Virus record (IMG/VR): IMGVR_UViG_3300027708_000019
Reading direction: 5' to 3' (one strand)
Length of the DNA: 64,000 nt
From: a virus
Below are positions 30,074 to 37,123 of the stretch, piece by piece. Each line of letters begins with the position of its first letter. Position 1 is the first letter of the stretch. The position numbers and the translations under genes were made by a program. Under the pieces are notes generated by a model. The model saw only the letters and a list, made by a program, of their open reading frames with translations. It was not told the origin of the DNA and made no database searches.

Positions 30074-30318
30074 TACAAAATCATCCTTTGTAGTTTCAAC
30101 TTCGCTTCGTGTACTGATTTGAACAAATCTCCGTTGATTTTAATGTTGCGATTATGCTTGATTGCGACAGTAACATTACCAGCAGTGAGTGTGGTAGTGT
30201 CAGTTGTCTTTGTTTTTGATACTGTGTTACCAGTAGAGAAGAATAGCGTGTCCATGAGTTCGTCAGAAGCCATTTTACGCAAAAAGTGGTTATTAGCCAT
30301 ACAATACCCCATAATCAA
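30073..30318 (-). CDS. Hypothetical protein
   Basis: Follows consensus promoter at 30332-30360; exact start uncertain. Confidence 0.5.
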   Translation of the reverse strand: MIMGYCMANNHFLRKMASDELMDTLFFSTGNTVSKTKTTDTTTLTAGNVTVAIKHNRNIKINGDLFKSVHEAKLKLQRMIL

Positions 30319-30331
30319 GAATTATAGTATA

Positions 30332-30360
30332 ATTATACCTCGAAACCTATTAAATGTCAA
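30332..30360 (-). promoter_or_regulatory. Sigma70 promoter for the dexA-gp43 block
   Basis: TTGACA-17-TATAAT perfect. Confidence 0.8.
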
Positions 30361-30530
30361 GGGTTTTTCCGAAAAAGACCAAATTGGAGCGATTTTGGAC
30401 GATTTTTGTGGTTTGGGAGGGGTAAAGGTCGGTCCAGACAGAAAAATCGTCCCTGTAGGGTCTAAAATCGGTCTACAGGGACGTTTTTTTGGGTTTTTAG
30501 ACCCTATGAGGACCCCTATGAGGACGCTTT

Positions 30531-30743
30531 TTAGACGTTTCCAAGGGTCAAATACTCTAAAAACATAACACTTTCTTGATATGAACCAAATATTCTAGTA
30601 AAATAGTCGCCTGTTACCTCATTATAACCAACAATCATAATCTGCTCATCAAGGTATACAGACGCTTTGATGAACCAATCACCTCTCATCGCAGTTGCGT
30701 AAGATATAATACCTTTACCGATGGTGACTTTTTTTATACTCAT
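30531..30743 (-). CDS. Hypothetical protein
   Basis: Start trimmed to MSIKKV; GATAAATA late-like motif upstream. Confidence 0.5.
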   Translation of the reverse strand: MSIKKVTIGKGIISYATAMRGDWFIKASVYLDEQIMIVGYNEVTGDYFTRIFGSYQESVMFLEYLTLGNV

Positions 30744-30765
30744 GCATTTATTTATCAGATGCATG

Positions 30766-30785
30766 AAGGGAGCCGAAGCTCCCTT
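30766..30785. terminator. Hairpin AAGGGAGC-UUCG-GCUCCCUU downstream of the hsp20 block
   Basis: Perfect 8-bp stem, UUCG loop on minus strand; T-tract is clearer on plus strand. Confidence 0.6.
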
Positions 30786-30960
30786 GTTTTTATTTCACTG
30801 GTTTTGGTTCAGGTGACTTTTCATTCACCCAATCCCAATCATCATCTGTCATTGGGATCCAGTTGTTCATCTTCCAATACCTCTTGTTATTGCATCCGCA
30901 CGTGCTTTGCGTGCTTCACCAATTGATTCAAGAATTGATTTGAAAAATGTACCAATTAGT

Positions 30961-31458
30961 TTAAAGAGTTTCAGTGATCGCATCTTGCTCTTCCTCTGTT
31001 AGAAGTTGTTTCTTAGATGCTTTCGCGTCTTTCACTTCAATCTTTTTTGGCTTTTTGTGTTCAGGAATAACACGCTCTAAGAAAATCTTTAGCATGCCAT
31101 TGAACATTTCCGCATCCTTAATTTCTGTTTGATCATTAAGTGCGAATGTACGAGTAAACGCACGATTAGCAATACCTTTGAAGACATAGTCAGAACCATC
31201 TTCTGCAGTAGTACCCTTAACAATCAACTTGTCTCCATCAATCTCAATCTCGATGTCTTGCTTAGCAAAGCCAGCAACAGCGATCTCAATGACATACTTG
31301 TTCTCGTCTGTCTTCTTGATGTTGTAAGGTGGGTAGTTTGGGATATTTTTTGTTAGATCATCATGTAGTTTTGCTAGTTGATTGAATTGCTCATCAAAAC
31401 CAACAAACACTCTATCAAAGTCTTGACCGAAAATGGTCGGAATGAATTTATGTACCAT
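30961..31458 (-). CDS. hsp20: Small heat-shock protein (IbpA-like)
   Basis: NYPPYNI, IEIAVAGF, GIANRAFTRTF, NGMLKI, IPEHKKP; start at MVHKF with SD AGGAG. Confidence 0.95.
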   Translation of the reverse strand: MVHKFIPTIFGQDFDRVFVGFDEQFNQLAKLHDDLTKNIPNYPPYNIKKTDENKYVIEIAVAGFAKQDIEIEIDGDKLIVKGTTAEDGSDYVFKGIANRAFTRTFALNDQTEIKDAEMFNGMLKIFLERVIPEHKKPKKIEVKDAKASKKQLLTEEEQDAITETL

Positions 31459-31460
31459 AA

Positions 31461-31523
31461 GTTTTCTCCTATTAAGCGAGTTAGAAAAACCCTCAAGCAA
31501 TCCCCGAAAGCGATTGAAGAGAG
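31461..31523 (-). ncRNA. ROSE-like RNA thermometer in hsp20 5' UTR
   Basis: CUCGCU-UAAU-AGGAG pairs anti-SD with SD around a bulged G, closed by GUUUU/AAAAC; preceded by another hairpin. Confidence 0.65.
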
Positions 31524-31534
31524 CCATATTAAAT

Positions 31535-31716
31535 ACTGGTTACGATTCCAGCGATATCGTGACGCCATATCCGCTTTATGCGATTCGTTACTTAGCGGTC
31601 CTAAGGTGAATCCAAATTAGTGGGGGTTCTGGGCTGGTTTCCCCCAACCAGTTTATCCTAGAGTATTACGTCGCGATAGGACTAGGTTCCATCTTTGACG
31701 TTCCCATCCCTGAGAA
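31535..31716 (-). ncRNA. Structured RNA with tandem pseudoknots between pqqA and hsp20
   Basis: Hand-found pairings, listed in findings. Confidence 0.5.
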
Positions 31717-31720
31717 TCGT

Positions 31721-31792
31721 TTAGCGATTGGCTACGTACATTGTAATTTCAAAGCCAAAACGCATTTCCGTTGCAGTAGGTTTAGTCCACAT
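31721..31792 (-). CDS. pqqA: Pyrroloquinoline quinone precursor peptide PqqA
   Basis: Below ORF-track cutoff. Translation [23 protein letters not shown]; W-x-K-P, RFGFE and ExxxY core; SD GGAG 8 nt upstream. Confidence 0.93.
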   Translation of the reverse strand: MWTKPTATEMRFGFEITMYVANR

Positions 31793-31890
31793 GTTTTCAT
31801 CTCCGTATATGTCCGATTTGGACAATAATACTTATTGCCCGAAGGCAAATAAATGGCTAATGAAAATCATTAAAATCTACTAACTGTTTT

Positions 31891-31898
31891 TATTTATA
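31891..31898 (-). promoter_or_regulatory. T4-type late promoter upstream of pqqA
   Basis: TATAAATA on minus strand. Confidence 0.5.
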
Positions 31899-32063
31899 TT
31901 ATCAAACTTCATCAAAGCAAGTTGCCTTGCTAAAAAAAGTCTAAATTTTACATGTGCACTAAGATCTGTATCTGTATCTTCTTGAACAATTTTTGGACGA
32001 CGATAGGGTGATTGAATATCTAGTTCATCAAACCAATCGTCATCATCGTCATCAATTTCTAAA

Positions 32064-32363
32064 TTACTTAGAAGTTGCTGTTGCTTTCTTTGTGTCCTTG
32101 GTAGGTGTAGCTTGACTTTTAGTGGCTGCTTTAGCAGCGTCCTTTTCTTTCTTGGCTTCTACCTTTGCCTTAGCATTTGCAGCTGCTTTCTCTTGAACAG
32201 AAGTTGGAGCATGTTTCGCTTCATCTTTCTTAGCAACTGGTTTCTTTGTCTCAGCTTTTTTGGCTGGGGCAGTAGCTGCTGGTTTTGGTTCAGGTGATTT
32301 GGCTGGTTGAGCAAATGATACTGTTGCTACTGAAAGTGCTACGATTGCGATAAGATTTTTCAT
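32064..32363 (-). CDS. Secreted Lys/Ala/Pro-rich protein
   Basis: Signal peptide MKNLIAIVALSVATVSFA followed by low-complexity basic sequence. Confidence 0.7.
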   Translation of the reverse strand: MKNLIAIVALSVATVSFAQPAKSPEPKPAATAPAKKAETKKPVAKKDEAKHAPTSVQEKAAANAKAKVEAKKEKDAAKAATKSQATPTKDTKKATATSK

Positions 32364-32548
32364 GATTGCGTTTCCTCATTAGTTGAAGTTTGGATTTCCT
32401 GCGCTTCTTGGATCGCTTTCCATTGTGGTACAGCTTGATTGCGTAACTTCTCAATTAAGCCACTTACTTTGATGTATGGTTGTTCGCCAAGCGCAGATAA
32501 CACAAGATCAACCTCATCAACATTAAGATTCAATTTAATAATACTCAT
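32360..32548 (-). CDS. Hypothetical protein
   Basis: VLSALGEQPY..V..LIEKLR motif; ATGA-coupled to next gene. Confidence 0.6.
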   Translation of the reverse strand: MSIIKLNLNVDEVDLVLSALGEQPYIKVSGLIEKLRNQAVPQWKAIQEAQEIQTSTNEETQS

Positions 32549-32573
32549 AATTTCCTACTCTCCATAGTAATAT

Positions 32574-32600
32574 AACGCTACAGCATTATAATTGGTTGAC
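32574..32600 (-). promoter_or_regulatory. ECF-sigma-like promoter GTCAAC-N17-CGTT
   Basis: Same motif and spacing recurs at 43341-43367. Confidence 0.45.
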
Positions 32601-33023
32601 TTACTTCTTAACTTTTTTCCCAATATTATACTTGGGTACAAGTTCCCATTCGTCTTTCTCTTTGAAAGACAATACTTTAATTTGTGACAATGATGCTTGT
32701 GGTTCAGCTTCTGCTGGTTTTATAATTTTCAACAGTCCCCAATCTTGAAGCAACACAGCAACTGTGTTCCTACGTTCAATATCATTGTTTGTTAAATTTG
32801 ATTCTTTTCCATCCAAAGCAAATAGTTCTTTGAAATGCACCAAGAAATATCTACCCTGTTTGTGTAGAATATGACATGACTGAAACAACTTATGCTCTTT
32901 ACGTGATGCGATCCCAATACGTGTCAATGTTTCCTTAATCTTAAGGAAATTGTCTGGTTCTGGGAGTGTCACTTCGAGCATACTGTCTGATGTCCAATCA
33001 TAATAAACAGTTTCAACACTCAT
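32601..33023 (-). CDS. regA: Translational repressor RegA
   Basis: FLKIKETLTRIGIA, QSCHILHKQGRY..VHFKELF. Confidence 0.95.
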   Translation of the reverse strand: MSVETVYYDWTSDSMLEVTLPEPDNFLKIKETLTRIGIASRKEHKLFQSCHILHKQGRYFLVHFKELFALDGKESNLTNNDIERRNTVAVLLQDWGLLKIIKPAEAEPQASLSQIKVLSFKEKDEWELVPKYNIGKKVKK

Positions 33024-33403
33024 TTTCTTCCACCTTTATCCATTTTTCGTTTTATCAGTTGTAACTGTTCTTCTGTCAAAATGTCGAGAACAGTCATTGC
33101 TTTACGCTTACTATAATCATAGTATTGCATTACCATTTCCAAGTCATCTGTTTTTGGGACTTTCTCAGCCCATTTACTGAATCGTTTTTTCTTGGTAATT
33201 GTATTTAGCAAATACGAAAATTGCCAATCTTTCGGAATGGCACGATGGATATTCATCTGATTGGCTTGAAGTACTGTATCTGGAAAGTACGCCAAACCTC
33301 TGTTGATGATGAAAGAGTTATAGTCTTTTTCAGCTTGTGGTTCTTTTATTAGATCCTTGTTTTTGTTGTCGCAGATCGCATTAATAAAATCAAATGGGGT
33401 CAT
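33020..33403 (-). CDS. gp62: Clamp loader small subunit
   Basis: PFDFIN, YNSFIINRGL, KKRFSKW; synteny 45-44-62-regA. Confidence 0.9.
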   Translation of the reverse strand: MTPFDFINAICDNKNKDLIKEPQAEKDYNSFIINRGLAYFPDTVLQANQMNIHRAIPKDWQFSYLLNTITKKKRFSKWAEKVPKTDDLEMVMQYYDYSKRKAMTVLDILTEEQLQLIKRKMDKGGRK

Positions 33404-33410
33404 GATAACC

Positions 33411-34352
33411 TCACTTGAATTTACAGTTTGCCATAATCTCTGTCAAAGCAGCAACATTATTAACTTCAATGTCAGCAACGAATGCTGCTTTATACTGATA
33501 ATCAGCAAGTATCAACACAAGCTGAGGAACAGATTGTCCCTCAACAATATCTGCAGCAGTGTCATAAAGTCTTCGGAATAATACCGAAGTTTCAATGTCG
33601 TTGTTTCTAGCAACCCACTTACGTGCTTCAATAAAGTTTTTCTCCTTGAGATAACCAACCAACTCTTTCATGGTTTCATCGGACATGTTGGCCAAAATGC
33701 CAGCATCAACTTTACCACTAACACTATATCTTTGAAGTTCGTTAAGAACTCTACGGAAGTCTGGGAAAAATGTTTCTACAACTTTAGCAACAACTTTAGA
33801 ATCAGATTCTACACCTTCAGATGTTAGAACATCATTAACCCTGCGGAAAAATGATGCTGCGATCTTTGGTTTATCTTTGCTTTCAATCTTAAAGTCTACG
33901 ACTGCACATCGACTGTGGAGTGGGGCAATGATTCTGTTTTTGAAGTTACATGTAAGGATGAATCGACAGTTGTTTGAAAACTCTTCGATAAAAGCACGCA
34001 AGGCTGCTTGTGTGTCTGGCGTAAGATAGTCGGCTTCGTCAAGGATGACGACTTTTGCACCTTCTGCGGTGATACTAACAGACGAGGCAAATTGTTTGAT
34101 TTTTGTACGTAAGACATCGATTCCTCTTTCTTCAGATCCGTTGATAAACAAATAATCAGCACCCAACTCATTACACAAAGCACGTGCCACTGTAGTTTTA
34201 CCTACACCAGCACTGCCTGAGAAAATAAAATTGGGCAACTGTCCCTCAGCAATATATTGCTTAAATGTATCTTTGATTTGTTGCGGTAGGATGCAATCAT
34301 CAATAACTTGTGGGCGATACTTCTCGCACCAGAGAAACTCTTCACGACTCAT
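33411..34352 (-). CDS. gp44: Clamp loader AAA+ subunit
   Basis: EKYRP, GVGKTT, ILDEAD, LHSRC. Confidence 0.95.
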   Translation of the reverse strand: MSREEFLWCEKYRPQVIDDCILPQQIKDTFKQYIAEGQLPNFIFSGSAGVGKTTVARALCNELGADYLFINGSEERGIDVLRTKIKQFASSVSITAEGAKVVILDEADYLTPDTQAALRAFIEEFSNNCRFILTCNFKNRIIAPLHSRCAVVDFKIESKDKPKIAASFFRRVNDVLTSEGVESDSKVVAKVVETFFPDFRRVLNELQRYSVSGKVDAGILANMSDETMKELVGYLKEKNFIEARKWVARNNDIETSVLFRRLYDTAADIVEGQSVPQLVLILADYQYKAAFVADIEVNNVAALTEIMANCKFK

Positions 34353-34370
34353 AATATAATATCCTTAAAA

Positions 34371-35030
34371 TTATTCAGATGTTGAATCAGATTCAACTGC
34401 TACATAATATGATAGACTTGTTTTTGCAGATTTAAAACGACAAATTTTCATCTTAGCAATAGAAACATCATATGCTCCTGGAAGCATTTTGAAGTTTTCA
34501 ATTTTAAGGTTTGCTGTAAAGTTCTTATCAGTTGTACCAACCTCAACTTCAAATTTATTTGTTAGAGGATTTTTCTTATCCACAACAACAGCATTTACTT
34601 TGCCATTTGAACCGATGAAAGATACATCAGATACTTTAAGAACACCAGCAGCACGGATCAAGTTTGATAGATCGCCAGCTGAGAGTGAGAAATTGATTTC
34701 CGCTTCTGGGAAATTGATTGCCTTGGCAGGTGTCTTCAAAGTAGTTTCTTCCGCAGCACGGTAACTAATTTGATTCTTACCTTCTTTGATTGTTACAGTG
34801 TTTCCACTGAAAGATAGATCTGGGTCATTGAACAATGACAATGTGCCAAGAAATTCATTGATATCATAGATACCAAAATTTTGTGGGAATGTTTCAGGAA
34901 CAATTACTTCCCCAAACACAGTTTTGTTTTCAGTCATCGAATAGATGCTGTTACCTTCACGAAGCAACAGGTTTAAATTGATAGAAGCAAAGTTCTTCAA
35001 TACCTCTTGCGTTTCTTTACTAATCTTCAT
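34371..35030 (-). CDS. gp45: Sliding clamp
   Basis: LKNFASIN, FGIYDINEFL, Y(Y)VAVE; consensus promoter at 35072-35100. Confidence 0.92.
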   Translation of the reverse strand: MKISKETQEVLKNFASINLNLLLREGNSIYSMTENKTVFGEVIVPETFPQNFGIYDINEFLGTLSLFNDPDLSFSGNTVTIKEGKNQISYRAAEETTLKTPAKAINFPEAEINFSLSAGDLSNLIRAAGVLKVSDVSFIGSNGKVNAVVVDKKNPLTNKFEVEVGTTDKNFTANLKIENFKMLPGAYDVSIAKMKICRFKSAKTSLSYYVAVESDSTSE

Positions 35031-35096
35031 TCACGTCTCCTTTAAAAATGATATATCAATATGTATAAAGTATTATACCTATAAAAGTGTTTTGTG

Positions 35097-35648
35097 TCAA
35101 ATATATTTACTGTTGGCAGGATGATCTAACGAATGTGGCACATCGAACACAAAGGTAAGACGTTCTTCGTCACCAACTTGTTTCGCAGCATGATACTCTT
35201 TATTATTAAACCAAAAGAAAGTTCCTGGCTCAATGATATGTTGCTCATCGCCACATGTGTAAAGATATTTTCCTTGTAGACAAAGATGAAATCTATCACG
35301 TGTTTTGTAATATGTTCCATCATCGATGTGAGACAAAACTTCTCCACCAATTGCCAACTTGAAAAATGCTGCTCGGGAATGTTCAGTTATTCCACGCTCG
35401 ATCAGCCATTTCCTAATCTCAGTGTATTTTGTGTATAGTGGTGTGTTCATTTGTAGTTCTGAGTTCTTAGGATTGTCTCCTTCTTTACGAACTACTGCCA
35501 TAGTCAAAGGCATAAAGCCATATGGCTTGAGATCGCCAGCAATGTTCTTATAAGAAGACACTGCTTGCCAATCTTGTGGGTTGTCCAATACTTGTTCTAG
35601 TATCGAACTAACATCAACATTATAATTCCAAAATTTAAAATTACTCAT
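35097..35648 (-). CDS. Aspartyl/asparaginyl beta-hydroxylase-like 2OG-Fe(II) oxygenase
   Basis: HIDDG..Y..RDRFH, FWFNNKEYH, RLTFVFD. Confidence 0.75.
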   Translation of the reverse strand: MSNFKFWNYNVDVSSILEQVLDNPQDWQAVSSYKNIAGDLKPYGFMPLTMAVVRKEGDNPKNSELQMNTPLYTKYTEIRKWLIERGITEHSRAAFFKLAIGGEVLSHIDDGTYYKTRDRFHLCLQGKYLYTCGDEQHIIEPGTFFWFNNKEYHAAKQVGDEERLTFVFDVPHSLDHPANSKYI

Positions 35649-35886
35649 CTATCTGATAAAACCTTTTTTCTTGTATGGTTTTTTCACCAAGTGTTTTTCT
35701 TGGATTAGAACACATAAAACAATCTGGATTTCCACAATCCATAGCGTGATGTTTATTCAATCTATGTGGTTGTTGCAAATACTTGTTTATACCAGATACT
35801 GTTGCTATCTTTAACTGTTTTCGTATCTTAACTTCTTTTTGATGGATACGTTTAGAGTGTTGTTCTTTGTCGAGTTCATTTGACAT
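35641..35886 (-). CDS. Hypothetical Zn-binding protein
   Basis: HAMDCGNPDCFMCSNPRK. Confidence 0.55.
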   Translation of the reverse strand: MSNELDKEQHSKRIHQKEVKIRKQLKIATVSGINKYLQQPHRLNKHHAMDCGNPDCFMCSNPRKTLGEKTIQEKRFYQIDE

Positions 35887-35914
35887 ATATCCTCCATAGA
35901 GTTAAGTAGTAAAG

Positions 35915-36280
35915 TTATTTATCAGTGTCCTTTGAGTATTTTACATCATGTTCATATAAAAACATCAAACAACACATTGCATGTGCCAAATGATTTTTAT
36001 CAGTTTCGGGATCGTTTTGTTCACCATTTTTCCATGCCCATAGATGCCTTTGCATTGCGTCAAAGTATCTACGTTTAGAATCAGGAACATGTTTCCAATT
36101 ATCTGGTTCGTATTTCTCCGCACCAAATGTCAGAATATCCACAGTTGCTTCTAGAGCAAGTGGAGGCAACAAGCCATATTGAAGTTTACCACCATCAAAT
36201 TTACGACCACCAGTAGTGGCAGTTTGAGATGCTTTGATATTATCTTGAATCAAGTCTCTAGTTGTTTTACTTCTAGCCAT
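35915..36280 (-). CDS. dATP/dGTP diphosphohydrolase-like (DUF5664-type) protein
   Basis: KFDGGK..Y.LLP, GAEKY..DNW, AMQRH, DPET...HLAHA.CCL.FL. Confidence 0.75.
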   Translation of the reverse strand: MARSKTTRDLIQDNIKASQTATTGGRKFDGGKLQYGLLPPLALEATVDILTFGAEKYEPDNWKHVPDSKRRYFDAMQRHLWAWKNGEQNDPETDKNHLAHAMCCLMFLYEHDVKYSKDTDK

Positions 36281-36299
36281 TTGTTTTCTCCATAAATGA

Positions 36300-36332
36300 T
36301 GGATCTGGACACTTTCCCAATGTCCAGATCCA
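36300..36332. other. Perfect 12-bp intergenic hairpin
   Basis: TGGATCTGGACA-9nt-TGTCCAGATCCA; no U-tract. Confidence 0.6.
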
Positions 36333-36341
36333 GTTACTCAA

Positions 36342-36599
36342 TTAACGTGAGAACATGCCTGTACCAGCAACACGATAAGCGAGAGCGAGCATACGCTTGC
36401 TTGGCTTGCCGATGCGATACTTAACAGCAACTGCGCCATTGCTCAATTTTGCTGTGTTGCTATAAACACAATAACCTTGTTCACGCAAGTTACGAACAGC
36501 AGAAGCAGGGTGGGCGATACCGAAAGAAGCAGCGATTTGCTTTGCGGTAAATGCTTTACCAGCTTGTAGGTGTTTCAACAAAAGACTTTGCTTTGTCAT
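36342..36599 (-). CDS. Winged-helix DNA-binding protein
   Basis: FTAKQIAASFGIAHPASAVRNLREQGY; start trimmed to MTKQ with SD GGAG. Confidence 0.65.
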   Translation of the reverse strand: MTKQSLLLKHLQAGKAFTAKQIAASFGIAHPASAVRNLREQGYCVYSNTAKLSNGAVAVKYRIGKPSKRMLALAYRVAGTGMFSR

Positions 36600-36621
36600 A
36601 ATTAATACTCCATAAAATAAT

Positions 36622-36674
36622 GTCACCAAATAAATGGGAAAAGGATGCGCTGGTGACCACACGCATCCATCCCA
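36622..36674 (-). ncRNA. H-type pseudoknot in the 5' leader of the wHTH gene
   Basis: Stem GGAUGCG/CGCAUCC plus UGGGA/UCCCA; loop GUCACCA pairs downstream UGGUGAC. Confidence 0.55.
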
Positions 36675-36687
36675 CGAAACTATCTAA

Positions 36688-37074
36688 TTAAGAATTGATA
36701 TCAGCAATGTCTTGCTTAATACTCTCAAGTTCTTCATCATACCCATCGTCAATCTCAGGAACATCTACGATACCATCGTTAACGATTTGTTCAAACTTTT
36801 GTTTTTCTGCATTAGCAGTTTTCTTTGCTTTCGCAGCAACTGCTTCTGGCATTGGCAAAGCAAACACACCACGACCAACCTTGTTAGGTCCAGTCAACCA
36901 GTTAGGGAAACCAACTTTCTCCCCACCTTTGGCACGCTTCTCATTCAAAGTCCAGTAGATTGACTCAAGTTCCTTACGGGAAACTGTGCCAGTCTTTTTA
37001 ACTTCAGGAAATTCACGAACAACTGTATCAACGAAACGCTTTTGCGCTTTTGTTAGATCATTATACTTCAACAT
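36688..37074 (-). CDS. Hypothetical early protein, similar to N-terminus of adjacent AAA protein
   Basis: Shares FP.V...GTVSR and PNWL...NKVGRG with 37124-38278; own promoter at 37106-37134. Confidence 0.6.
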   Translation of the reverse strand: MLKYNDLTKAQKRFVDTVVREFPEVKKTGTVSRKELESIYWTLNEKRAKGGEKVGFPNWLTGPNKVGRGVFALPMPEAVAAKAKKTANAEKQKFEQIVNDGIVDVPEIDDGYDEELESIKQDIADINS

Positions 37075-37123
37075 AATAATACTCCTTTATCAATTTACAA
37101 AAATAATTATACCTGATTTACTA

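Noticed and set aside
30062-30568. 168-aa plus-strand ORF
   Set aside because: Crosses a minus-strand gene, a consensus promoter and an inverted-repeat region; sequence is not protein-like
31535-31716. tmRNA, tRNA or twister ribozyme (multiple pseudoknots; GGTCCTAAG on plus strand)
   Set aside because: No tRNA-like ends, T-loop or CCA; the remaining twister consensus is absent
35915-36280. dATP/dGTP diphosphohydrolase as evidence for a Z-genome or deazaguanine DNA
   Set aside because: No purZ, queC/D/E or dpdA in the window; this family is widespread on its own
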